64,000 bases of DNA from Faecousia sp. (lineage in GTDB: Bacteria > Bacillota > Clostridia > Oscillospirales > Oscillospiraceae): assembly GCA_051867165.1 (NCBI GenBank), contig JBJDYI010000272.1, forward strand, positions 1,341 to 65,340, read 5' to 3'. Positions 39,068-47,996 of the stretch are shown one piece after another. Both the position numbers and the translations under genes were made by a program. Position 1 is the first letter of the stretch; every line of letters starts with the position of its first letter. A model generated the notes under the pieces. It was given only the letters and a program-made list of their open reading frames with translations. It ran no database searches and was not told the DNA's origin.

Positions 39068-40051
39068 ATGGCATACAGCGCAGACGTGGTCCGCCGGGCC
39101 AGGGATCGGCTGGCCCAGGCCAGGGAGGACCGGGAGTCCGAAAACCGGCAGCATCTGGCCGAAGCCTATGCCCGGGTGCCCCGGATCAAAGAAATCGACA
39201 TTCAGCTTCGCCGCACCATGGCGAAGGCTGCGCAGGCGGCCTTTTTGCAGGGCAGCGATGGCCGGGCGGAAATGGAAGCCGTCCGGATGGAGAATTTAAA
39301 TTTGCAGCGGGAACGGGCCCGGTTGGCGGAAGCCAATTTTGAAGAGGGGTATCTGGATGACAGCCCCATTTGTACCGTTTGCGGCGGAACCGGTTATGTG
39401 GGAAGTCAGATGTGTGAGTGTCTCCGGGAGCTTTGCCGCCAGGAGCAGAAAAAGGAAGTATCCATCCTGGCCGGCAGCAAGGAAACCTTCCAGCAGTTCC
39501 GGCTGGACTATTATTCCGATGAATATAATCCGCAGTATAAGGCCGTTCCCCGGATGCTGATGGAGAAAAATTTCCAGACCTGTCGCCGGTATGCCCTGAC
39601 CTTTACCCTCAATTCGGGCAATCTGCTGTTCATGGGCGGCACCGGCCTGGGAAAAACCTTTTTATCTGCCTGCATTGCCCGGGCGGTGGCGGACCGGGGC
39701 TACTCCGTGGCCTATGAAACCGCCGGCCATCTCTTCGGTAAGCTGGAGCAGGCAAAATTCACGCCCACGGAAGAATCCCGGCGGGAGGCAGCCAAACTGA
39801 CGGAATGTGATCTGCTGATCCTGGATGACTTGGGCACAGAAATGCCCGGACAGTTTGTGACAGCGGCCCTATACAGCCTGGTGAATGACCGGATTTTAGC
39901 CGGAAAGCCCATGGTGATCTCCACCAATCTAAACGTGGATGAAATGAGCCGCCGGTATTCGCCCCAGATTGCATCCCGGCTCCATGGCGGATTCACCCGG
40001 CTGATTTTTGTGGGAGAGGACATTCGCATCAAAAGGAGCCTGGAAAAATGA
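39068..40051 (+). CDS. DnaC/DnaI-like helicase-loader ATPase
   Basis: CxxC..CxC, GTGLGKT, LILDDLGTE, ISTNL. Confidence 0.9.
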   Translation: MAYSADVVRRARDRLAQAREDRESENRQHLAEAYARVPRIKEIDIQLRRTMAKAAQAAFLQGSDGRAEMEAVRMENLNLQRERARLAEANFEEGYLDDSPICTVCGGTGYVGSQMCECLRELCRQEQKKEVSILAGSKETFQQFRLDYYSDEYNPQYKAVPRMLMEKNFQTCRRYALTFTLNSGNLLFMGGTGLGKTFLSACIARAVADRGYSVAYETAGHLFGKLEQAKFTPTEESRREAAKLTECDLLILDDLGTEMPGQFVTAALYSLVNDRILAGKPMVISTNLNVDEMSRRYSPQIASRLHGGFTRLIFVGEDIRIKRSLEK

Positions 40052-40692
40052 CGGGAATTTTATTTGACCTGGACGGCACCCTGCTGAACACCCTGGAGGA
40101 CCTGACAGACGCCACAAATTATGCTCTGCGGCAGTTCGGCTATCCGGAACGAACAACCGAGGAAGTCCGCCGGGCCATCGGCAACGGCGCTGCCAATCAG
40201 ATTCGGAAATCCCTGCCGGAGGGCACACCCGAAGAAACGGTTCAGGCGGTTCTGGCTGTCTACAAACCTTACTATACGGCCCATTGCCAGATTCGCACCA
40301 AACCCTATGAGGGCGTTTGGAAGGCGCTGACTGTTTTGAAGGAAAAATACCCGGTGGCCATTGTATCCAACAAGCCGGACAGCGCCGTGAAGGCTCTATG
40401 TGCCGAGCATTTCCCCGGAATTTATGGTTTGGGAGAGTGTCCCGGCTGTCCCCGGAAACCGGCGGCGGACATGGTATTCAAGGGCATGGCGGCCATTGGC
40501 GCGGACCGGTGCATCTATGTGGGTGACAGCGAGGTGGATGTTCTGACGGCGAAAAACGCCGGGGTGCCCTGCCTGGCGGTGCTCTGGGGGTTCCGGGACC
40601 GGGAGACGCTGACGGAAGCCGGCGCCGTTCATTTTTGTGAAGAAACACATCAACTGACGGAAGTATTAGAGGAACTGGTTCATGGCCAATGA
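40048..40692 (+). CDS. HAD hydrolase (phosphoglycolate phosphatase-like)
   Basis: FDLDGTLLNT, VSNK, RKP, YVGDSEVD. Confidence 0.9.
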   Translation: MTGILFDLDGTLLNTLEDLTDATNYALRQFGYPERTTEEVRRAIGNGAANQIRKSLPEGTPEETVQAVLAVYKPYYTAHCQIRTKPYEGVWKALTVLKEKYPVAIVSNKPDSAVKALCAEHFPGIYGLGECPGCPRKPAADMVFKGMAAIGADRCIYVGDSEVDVLTAKNAGVPCLAVLWGFRDRETLTEAGAVHFCEETHQLTEVLEELVHGQ

Positions 40693-41260
40693 GTTTTATG
40701 CCCTGATGGGCCGTATGCGCTATATCACCCGCTGGGGTCTGATGCGCAATTCCTTTTCTGAAAATATCCAGGAGCACAGCCATCAGGTGGCAGTGCTGGC
40801 CCATGCGTTGGCCCTGATCCGCCGGGATATTCTGCATTTGCCCACTCCGGATCCGGACAAGTGCGCCGTGGCGGCGCTGTACCATGATGCCTCGGAAATT
40901 CTCACGGGAGATCTGCCAACCCCCATCAAGTATTACAATCCCGAGATCAAGGATGCCTATAAGCAGGTGGAGCGGATTGCCGGAAACAGGCTGCTGGATA
41001 TGCTGCCTCCGGAGCTGCGCCCCAGCTACGAGCATTATGTGCTGGAGGATGACAGGGATCTGGAACCCTTTGTAAAGGCAGCCGACAAGCTTTCTGCCCA
41101 TATCAAGTGTCTGGAAGAGCAGAAGGCGGGCAACACGGAGTTCGACTCTGCCGCCAAGCAGACCTGGGACGCCATGAAGGCCATGGCCCGGCCGGAGCTG
41201 GACTGGTTCCTGGACCATTGTCTGCCGGCGTTTGCCCTGAACATCGACCAACTGAAATAA
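40682..41260 (+). CDS. 5'-deoxynucleotidase (HD domain, YfbR-like)
   Basis: RWGLMRN, ENIQEHS, HDASE..TGDLPTPIKY, KAADK. Confidence 0.92.
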   Translation: MANEFYALMGRMRYITRWGLMRNSFSENIQEHSHQVAVLAHALALIRRDILHLPTPDPDKCAVAALYHDASEILTGDLPTPIKYYNPEIKDAYKQVERIAGNRLLDMLPPELRPSYEHYVLEDDRDLEPFVKAADKLSAHIKCLEEQKAGNTEFDSAAKQTWDAMKAMARPELDWFLDHCLPAFALNIDQLK

Positions 41261-41320
41261 GCTTTTTTCGTTCCTTGCTTGACGAAAACCTGATTTTATG
41301 CTATCATGATCCATGATCAT

Positions 41321-41407
41321 GCCGGCATGGTGAAATCGGTAGACACAAGGGACTTAAAATCCCTCGCTGTTAAAAGCGTACCGGTTCGAGTCCGGTTGCC
41401 GGCACCA
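41321..41407 (+). tRNA. tRNA-Leu(TAA)
   Basis: Cloverleaf GCCGGCA...TGCCGGC-ACCA; anticodon arm AGGGA-CTTAAAA-TCCCT; long variable arm; GTTCGA T-loop; terminator at 41411-41444. Confidence 0.97.
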
Positions 41408-41590
41408 GTATTCGACATCCTACGACAGTAGGATGTCGAATTTTCTATATATGGTTTGGCAACATTGTTCTTTTCATAATATCGACGAGATATCTGATAT
41501 TATCCCTCATTATTCGATTCATGGGATATGTTATCCTGTAGATGAGGAGGTTAATCAGAAAAAGCAGGATATTGATGAGGAGGTATAAAG

Positions 41591-42256
41591 TTGTACAAAA
41601 TATGGAAATCAAATAGTAGCATAGAGACAGCATCGCGCGTACGTATTAAACAGACGACAGGTCAGATAATTCCGTGTGAAACCACTGTTCAAAAGGCATT
41701 AATTGATGATATAATCAATGCTGTGGATGGTTTTGTGCCTGGAATTACCATGACTAGTGCAAACTGGAAGCATTGGATTGCACAGCTGGATTTGTATACT
41801 TGTAAGCATTGAAGAAAACTGCATGGTCAGGTTTATTCTACTGACGAGATAGTATTGGAGGGACCGCCAGTCCATGATAGATGCCGATGTGTTATCGAGA
41901 AATTGATGGCTGTTGTAGCAGGATATGCGACGCGGGATGGATTTGAAGGAGCGGATTATTGGCTAAAGAAGCATAACATTCTGCCTGATCAGTATATTGG
42001 GAAAAAGGAGGCTAAAGATTTAGGTTGGGTGTCTGTGCTAGGTAATCTGAATGAGGTTGCACCTGGCATGATAATTGGTGGCGACATCTATCGGAATCGG
42101 AGCGGACATCTACCGCAGGCGGATGGGAGAATTTGGTATGAGGCTGATATAAACTATACCGGAGGCTATCGAAGCAGACACCGGATACTGTATTCAAATG
42201 ACGGATTAGTTTTTGTGACATATGATCATTATGAGACTTTTGTGGAAATTGTGTAG
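41591..42256 (+). pseudogene. MuF (phage head morphogenesis)-barnase fusion toxin with in-frame TGA at 41810-41812
   Basis: The two track ORFs share one frame: D..TCKH*RKLHG...PPVHDRCRC (MuF motif), then a barnase-like domain (WYEADINY, RILYS, DHYETF). Confidence 0.85.
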
Positions 42257-42270
42257 GAGGTGTGTAACGG

Positions 42271-42567
42271 ATGGAAGAACGTGAATTGAGAAAATACAAG
42301 CTTGATTTCTCTGATTGCAGATATTTAGGTGAAATCTATGCGCATATTAAAAAAGAACTACAGCTTCCCCAGTGGTGCGGTGAGAATCTGGATGCATTAT
42401 GGGATGCTGTGACTGGAATCATGTACACACCTGCGGAGATTACCATTATCCCTCATGTAAAAAGAAACGAGTTGCAGGACGAGGTTCAGGAAATCATCGC
42501 TGTTTTTCAGGAAGCAAAGCAGGACTTTGACGAAATCTCCGTAATTGTACTAGAGGACGCACGGTAA
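42271..42567 (+). CDS. Barstar-family immunity protein
   Basis: IKKELQLPQWCGENLDALWD. Confidence 0.92.
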   Translation: MEERELRKYKLDFSDCRYLGEIYAHIKKELQLPQWCGENLDALWDAVTGIMYTPAEITIIPHVKRNELQDEVQEIIAVFQEAKQDFDEISVIVLEDAR

Positions 42568-42781
42568 TTAGGTGATAGCATTGATATGATATCTAAAGTG
42601 TACACAACACACAAAACAATATAATCCGAACCAGTTCTTCCTAAGTGGGAGATGGGTTCGGATTCTTTGTTTTCTTTGGGAGGTTCGAAGAAACCCATTT
42701 CCGAAACGGTGTCATCAAGCGACCAGAATCTAAGCCTAGAGGGCCAAGAAGAAGTTAATTCAGATTTAGGAGGACACTGTT

Positions 42782-43033
42782 ATGGATAAGAAAGTAATTT
42801 CCTGCGCGTTCAATATCGATACTGCCTGCGTGGAAGCCCGGTATGCGGACGGAAGTATGGATGCAATTGACTGTACCTTGGTGGAAGCCGAGATCGCTCG
42901 GAATATGTACGAAAGCAGCGAGCTGGCATGGCCGATGTATAATGCGCCAATCGATTATGTGAATCTGCTTCTCCGTGGGGATATCCAGGAGTATTTGAAG
43001 AACGTGACGGAGCATCATTCGTTTGATAACTGA
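42782..43033 (+). CDS. DUF6061-like protein
   Basis: SCAFNIDTACVE...DGS..IDCT.VE.E...MYE.SEL pattern, recognised from memory of the family. Confidence 0.7.
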   Translation: MDKKVISCAFNIDTACVEARYADGSMDAIDCTLVEAEIARNMYESSELAWPMYNAPIDYVNLLLRGDIQEYLKNVTEHHSFDN

Positions 43034-43211
43034 CAAGAATGCGGTGCTGCTTGTTGAAGCAGCATCGCTTTACAGCCATTTTGAGGGCAAGCGGGCTATT
43101 TTGGATGCGTTAGTGAAAGAGGTACTGGAACAGTATGGGGCAAATTCTTTTTTGCAAAGACCAATTGGGAGAAAGATTCCGATAACCTATGGCTATTGCA
43201 CCAAAGTGTGA
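43023..43211 (+). pseudogene. TetR-family regulator fragment
   Basis: AASLYSHFEGKRAILDAL is the second half of a TetR HTH; the N-terminus is missing. Confidence 0.6.
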
Positions 43212-43309
43212 GAAAAAGCCCAGCTTTCGCTGGACTTTTCGTCGGCCTGACAGCCCCCCCGGCTTAGCCGGGGGTGCCTTATCACATAACCTTTCCGCAG
43301 TAGATGCTT

Positions 43310-44161
43310 TTATGCCAGATTCAGCTTTCTGTCAATCAGGTGGTACATCAGTAAATACCCAGCCACAATGGTGACCAGCGCCACCAGATCGTAGACGGAA
43401 AATGCCCGCGTCACATCTTCGACAAATACGGCGTTCAACATGCTGATGCCGCAGACAAAAGAACGGACAATACCAATACCATAATACACACCCACTGCCG
43501 CCAGAATCTTGTGCTTTTTGGTAATGATGGAGCCAATGGTCACAGACAACATGATTACAATGAGTTGGCTCAGCCCTGCCAGAATTGCGCTGAGTCCCAG
43601 CGATAACAGCACATCCCAATTCTTCACAAAGGAATTCCAAAGCTGGCTCATAGCCTTTCCAAGACTAACCGCCACATCCCCCCAAATCAGGTTCTGCGGG
43701 AAGGCCAGCAGAAACAGCGCTACCGCAATCAGAACCGCAGCAACCGCTGCAACAATCACGATCAGCACGCCGAAAATGCTGTTGAGGATACTGCTGAGCA
43801 GCAGCTGATGGTTGTTCACCGGCAGGGTAAAGGTCAGATAGCCTTCATCGGTAAACCGGCTCTTGTAAAACCGCCAAATGACGAAGAACACGCTGCCTGC
43901 ACAACACACCGCCACGGCAAAGACACCCGCCACAACCAGCAGCACGCAGGCTATCTCCACCACATTGGACATGGGGGATTCATAAGAAGCCACATCCTCT
44001 TCTTCGCTGACCACAGATACCACGCCGTCTGTATTGTCTGCCTTCACCATGTAGTGCATGATGCCGCCGATGGTCAGGCCGGAAATCAGAATAATCACAC
44101 ACAGCAGCCCGATCACACCCCGAGTTGCCCGCCATTCATGCTTTAGCAGTTTGGTAAACAT
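43310..44161 (-). CDS. ABC transporter permease
   Basis: KLLKHEW, RFYKS..TDEGYLTFTLPV, six TMs. Confidence 0.85.
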   Translation of the reverse strand: MFTKLLKHEWRATRGVIGLLCVIILISGLTIGGIMHYMVKADNTDGVVSVVSEEEDVASYESPMSNVVEIACVLLVVAGVFAVAVCCAGSVFFVIWRFYKSRFTDEGYLTFTLPVNNHQLLLSSILNSIFGVLIVIVAAVAAVLIAVALFLLAFPQNLIWGDVAVSLGKAMSQLWNSFVKNWDVLLSLGLSAILAGLSQLIVIMLSVTIGSIITKKHKILAAVGVYYGIGIVRSFVCGISMLNAVFVEDVTRAFSVYDLVALVTIVAGYLLMYHLIDRKLNLA

Positions 44162-44856
44162 TTGAACACCTCCCGGAACAGTTCGTCCAGGGATTTTCCG
44201 GTTTCTTCCCTGGTTTCATCAGCGTTGCCGCTGCGGATCACCTTTCCCTGATGCAGAAACAGGAATTCGTCCAGCACTCGTTCCACGTCAGAGATCAGAT
44301 GGGTGGAGATCAGCACCGTGGCGCTGGGATCGTAGTTGGTGATGATGGTATTGAGAATGTAATCCCGGGCAGCAGGATCTACGCCGCCAATGGGTTCGTC
44401 CAGCAGGTAGAGCTTCGCCCGGCGGGACATAACCAGAACCAGCTGCACCTTTTCCTGATTGCCCTTGGACAGGGTACGGAACCGGGATTCCTGGGCAATG
44501 CCCAGAGTGCCCAGCATATGCTCCGCCCGTCCCCGGTCAAAGTCTTCGTAAAAATCCTGGAAGAAATCCAGCAGTTCCCGGATCTTTCTGTGTTTGCTGA
44601 AATAAGGCCGGTCGGGCAGATAGGATACCAGCGCTTTTGTTCTGACTCCAACCCTTTCACCGCAGACCGTAAGAATTCCTGCGGTAGGCGTTAACAAACC
44701 CGCCGCCAATTTGATAAAGGTTGTCTTTCCGCTGCCGTTGGGGCCCAGCAGGCCGATGATCTTTCCCTGGGGCAACTCCAGGTCCAGGCCGTCCAGCGCC
44801 AGGCAGTTGTGGTAGCGCATGGTCAGGCCAGTCGCTTGTAAGGCGTATGTTTCCAC
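44143..44856 (-). CDS. ABC transporter ATP-binding protein
   Basis: GPNGSGKTT, LSKG, LLDEP, STH. Confidence 0.95.
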   Translation of the reverse strand: METYALQATGLTMRYHNCLALDGLDLELPQGKIIGLLGPNGSGKTTFIKLAAGLLTPTAGILTVCGERVGVRTKALVSYLPDRPYFSKHRKIRELLDFFQDFYEDFDRGRAEHMLGTLGIAQESRFRTLSKGNQEKVQLVLVMSRRAKLYLLDEPIGGVDPAARDYILNTIITNYDPSATVLISTHLISDVERVLDEFLFLHQGKVIRSGNADETREETGKSLDELFREVFKCLPNC

Positions 44857-45231
44857 CTATGCTTCCTCCTTTTCTTCTTCCAGGGCCAGCAGAAGCTGAG
44901 CCGCCTGGGTGGGTGTCAGGCCGAAAACCATAAATTTTTCGGCGCATTCTCGTGCCAGTTCTTTCAGAGCAGCGTCCCGCATGGCGGATAGGACGCTTTG
45001 CTCCTGGGTGACGCTGCGGCCACTGGTGCCGCCGCTGACCAGAAGTCCCTCCCGCTCCAACTCCGTCAAGGCTCTTTGCATGGTGTTGGGGTTAACTTGA
45101 GCTTCCGCCGCCAAGTCACGGACCGAGGGAATTTTCTTTCCCGGGGGCAGTTCTCCCTTCAGAATCGCGCCCCGGATAGTCGCCATGATTTGCTGATACA
45201 CCGGACGATCCCCGGTAAATTTCCAGTTCAT
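44857..45231 (-). CDS. GntR/YtrA-family regulator
   Basis: PVYQQI, PSVRDLA, VNPNTMQRA. Confidence 0.95.
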   Translation of the reverse strand: MNWKFTGDRPVYQQIMATIRGAILKGELPPGKKIPSVRDLAAEAQVNPNTMQRALTELEREGLLVSGGTSGRSVTQEQSVLSAMRDAALKELARECAEKFMVFGLTPTQAAQLLLALEEEKEEA

Positions 45232-45246
45232 AGTCGCCTCCTTTTT

Positions 45247-45284
45247 TTGTGTTATTGTATTAGTGCATTAATACAATAACACAA
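45247..45284. promoter_or_regulatory. YtrA-type palindromic operator
   Basis: TTGTGTTATTGTATTA-gtgcat-TAATACAATAACACAA (16 bp arms) just upstream of the GntR gene. Confidence 0.85.
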
Positions 45285-45564
45285 TTATTGGCGACTGTCA
45301 ATACCCCAGTTAAAAAATAGATTAAGAAGCAAAAAAGGGAGAGACTCCTGTCTCCCCCCAGATTGTTGAAATTATCCGGCGAAAACTGGGCGTTTTCAAC
45401 ACTTGCAAGCCGATCATTACAAAATACGCTTTCCGGAATGTGATGTTAGCTGACAAAAGAATTTCAGCATGACATGTTTTCCTATAAAAACAGTCTATTC
45501 ACTGTGGCTGAAATCATGTATACTATCATCAGATGATGTTAGAAAGGCAGCGTGAGTTGAATTT

Positions 45565-46176
45565 ATGAAGAAAATATTGATTGTTGAAGATGATGAAGCA
45601 ATCCGGACGGAACTGATCACATTGCTCCGCAGCAACGGCTACCTGCCGGTGGATGCACAGCCCTGTGACCTCATCCTGATGGACATCAATCTGCCGGGAG
45701 AGAGCGGCTTTACCCGCTGCAGGAAGCTGCGGCAGACATCAAATACGCCGGTGATCTTTCTGACTGCCCAGGATACCCCGGAGGATGAATTGCTGGCTTT
45801 CGGCGTGGGCGGCGACGATTTCATCCGCAAACCATACAATTCTGCTGTCCTGCTTGCACGGATCGGCAGGATGCTGAAAAGCACGGCCAGCGATACGCGC
45901 ACCGTCCGGGGATTGACACTGGATCTGCCGGGCATGAAAGCCATTTTTGACGGTAACACAGTTGAACTGACAAAAAATGAGGCCCGGATTCTCTGGTGCC
46001 TGATGCAGAAGGAACTGTGTTCCCGGGATGAGCTGATCGAAGATCTGTGGACAAACGGGATGTACATCGATGGCAACACCCTCTATGTAAACATCGGCAG
46101 GCTCCGGGAAAAGTTGGAGAGAATCGGGGCAAAAGACTTTATTCGCACGGTGCGTGGTGTGGGGTACCGCCTATGA
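45565..46176 (+). CDS. BceR-like response regulator
   Basis: IVEDD, LMDINLP, TVRGVGY. Confidence 0.9.
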   Translation: MKKILIVEDDEAIRTELITLLRSNGYLPVDAQPCDLILMDINLPGESGFTRCRKLRQTSNTPVIFLTAQDTPEDELLAFGVGGDDFIRKPYNSAVLLARIGRMLKSTASDTRTVRGLTLDLPGMKAIFDGNTVELTKNEARILWCLMQKELCSRDELIEDLWTNGMYIDGNTLYVNIGRLREKLERIGAKDFIRTVRGVGYRL

Positions 46177-47156
46177 GTTTTTGGGACTACCTTGGATCAA
46201 AAGCGGTTTCCCTGTGCGTGGCCGGAATCAGTATGCTGTACCTTGTTCTGATCTCCTATCTTTGCGGGATCCCGTTTTCTCTGCTGTGGATTCTTCTGAC
46301 CAGCGGTGCTTTCATTTCGCTGCTTGGCTTGATGATTGGCTGGCGGCGGGCCGACCGGCGGCTGCGGATGCTGAGAAACCGGCTGGATACCCTGCCGGAA
46401 AAGTATTTGATCGGCGAAACGCTGGAACGGCCCCGGGATGCGGTGGAACTGGAATACTACCTGCTGATGAAGGAGATTTCCCGCTCTGCCATTGGCGCGG
46501 TGGAGCAGGCCAGAGCAGAGAAACAGGACTACTGTGACTATGTGGAAAGCTGGGTCCATGAGATTAAGACGCCCCTGACCGCTTGCTCTCTGATCCTTGC
46601 CAACGGCGGAGATTCTGCAAAACTTCGGCGGGAGCTGCGCCGGGCGGACAATCTCACCGAAACCATCCTGACCTATGCGAAGCTGCGAACGGCGGAAAAG
46701 GATACCCAGATCGCCCTGATTGACCTGCGCGAAGTGTGCGGCAAGGCCATCCGGGAGGAGATGGAGCTTTTGATCGCGGCGGATATCAGCGTATCCCTTG
46801 ACGGGCAGTCCTCTGCCTATACCGATCCCAAGCTGCTGTTGTTTATCCTCAAGCAGCTTCTCATCAACTGCGCCAAATACTGTCCGAACTGTCAAATCCA
46901 AATCTCCCTGGAGGAGGGCCGCCTGTGCTTTGAGGACAACGGCCCCGGCATCCCAGCCCATGAGCTTTCACGGGTAACGGAGCGGGGCTTTATCGGTACT
47001 GCGGGCAGAGGCTATGGCAGCAGCACCGGCATGGGTCTGTACATCGTAAGCGAGCTCTGCAAGAAAATGAATGTCCGGATGGAGATAACCTCTCAGGAGG
47101 GGTCCTTTACACGCTTTACCTTTCAGTTTCCCGCGCCAACCTTACAAAACTGTTAG
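46173..47156 (+). CDS. BceS-like intramembrane-sensing histidine kinase
   Basis: Two adjacent TMs, WVHEIKTP, N..KY, DNGPGI, TGMGLY. Confidence 0.9.
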   Translation: MSFWDYLGSKAVSLCVAGISMLYLVLISYLCGIPFSLLWILLTSGAFISLLGLMIGWRRADRRLRMLRNRLDTLPEKYLIGETLERPRDAVELEYYLLMKEISRSAIGAVEQARAEKQDYCDYVESWVHEIKTPLTACSLILANGGDSAKLRRELRRADNLTETILTYAKLRTAEKDTQIALIDLREVCGKAIREEMELLIAADISVSLDGQSSAYTDPKLLLFILKQLLINCAKYCPNCQIQISLEEGRLCFEDNGPGIPAHELSRVTERGFIGTAGRGYGSSTGMGLYIVSELCKKMNVRMEITSQEGSFTRFTFQFPAPTLQNC

Positions 47157-47205
47157 ATTGCAGGCAGACAGCGTTAGAACAAATTCTGCCGTTTTGCGGT
47201 ACAAT
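47141..47205 (+). promoter_or_regulatory. BceR-type binding site and promoter
   Basis: CTTACA-aaac-TGTTAG at 47141-47156; -10 TACAAT at 47200-47205. Confidence 0.65.
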
Positions 47206-47231
47206 GACAGCGAAAGGTTGGTGGGAGGATT

Positions 47232-47996
47232 ATGAACACATTACTGGAAATTAAAAATGTAACCAAATATTTTGGCAGCGGAGACAATGTCTCCAAGGCT
47301 TTGAACGGCGTGAGCTTTTCCATGGAGCAGGGGGAATTCACCGCCGTTATGGGCGCCTCGGGCTCCGGAAAAAGCACGCTGCTGAACGTCATCGCAACCA
47401 TTGACCGCCCCAGCTCCGGCAGTGTCCTGCTGGAAGGACGGGACATTGCCGAGATGCGGGAGCAGGATCTGGCGGCCTTTCGCAGGGATCGCCTGGGCTT
47501 CATTTTTCAGGAATACAATCTGCTGGATACCCTGACGGTGGGCGAGAACATCGTCCTGCCCCTGAACCTGCAAAAGCGGCCCGTACGGGAGACGCAGAGA
47601 AGGCTTCAAAAGGCTGCCGCTTCTCTGGGGATTACCGAGCAGCTTTCCAGGTTCCCCCGGCAGCTCTCCGGCGGACAGCGGCAGCGGGCCGCCTGCGCCC
47701 GGGCGCTCATCACGGAGCCGGCTCTGATTCTGGCAGATGAGCCCACCGGCGCGCTGGACAGCGCCAACTCCAAGAGCCTGATGCAGACCTTCACAGTAAT
47801 GAACCAACGCCTTGGCTCCACCATTTTGATGGTGACCCATGACGCTGTGGTCGGCTCCTATGCCTCCCGTATCCTGTTTTTGAAGGACGGGAAGATCTGG
47901 AATGAGCTGTACCGGGGTGACCGAACCCGTCAGGCCATGTATCATGAGATCCTTAATACCATGGCGGTGCTGGGAGGGGAAGCCAATGTTCGCTAA
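47232..47996 (+). CDS. BceA-like ABC ATPase
   Basis: [26 protein letters not shown]. Confidence 0.93.
   Translation: MNTLLEIKNVTKYFGSGDNVSKALNGVSFSMEQGEFTAVMGASGSGKSTLLNVIATIDRPSSGSVLLEGRDIAEMREQDLAAFRRDRLGFIFQEYNLLDTLTVGENIVLPLNLQKRPVRETQRRLQKAAASLGITEQLSRFPRQLSGGQRQRAACARALITEPALILADEPTGALDSANSKSLMQTFTVMNQRLGSTILMVTHDAVVGSYASRILFLKDGKIWNELYRGDRTRQAMYHEILNTMAVLGGEANVR

Larger units (their letters stand above)
41445..43290. mobile_element. AT-rich islet/remnant downstream of tRNA-Leu (no integrase)
   Basis: Visible drop in GC; toxin-immunity pair, DUF6061-like gene, TetR fragment and hairpins; right boundary approximate. Confidence 0.7.

Noticed and set aside
38183-40051. dnaD + dnaC-like pair as the replication module of the head operon
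   Set aside because: It is 16 kb away, in an operon with housekeeping hydrolases, and fits the host primosome.
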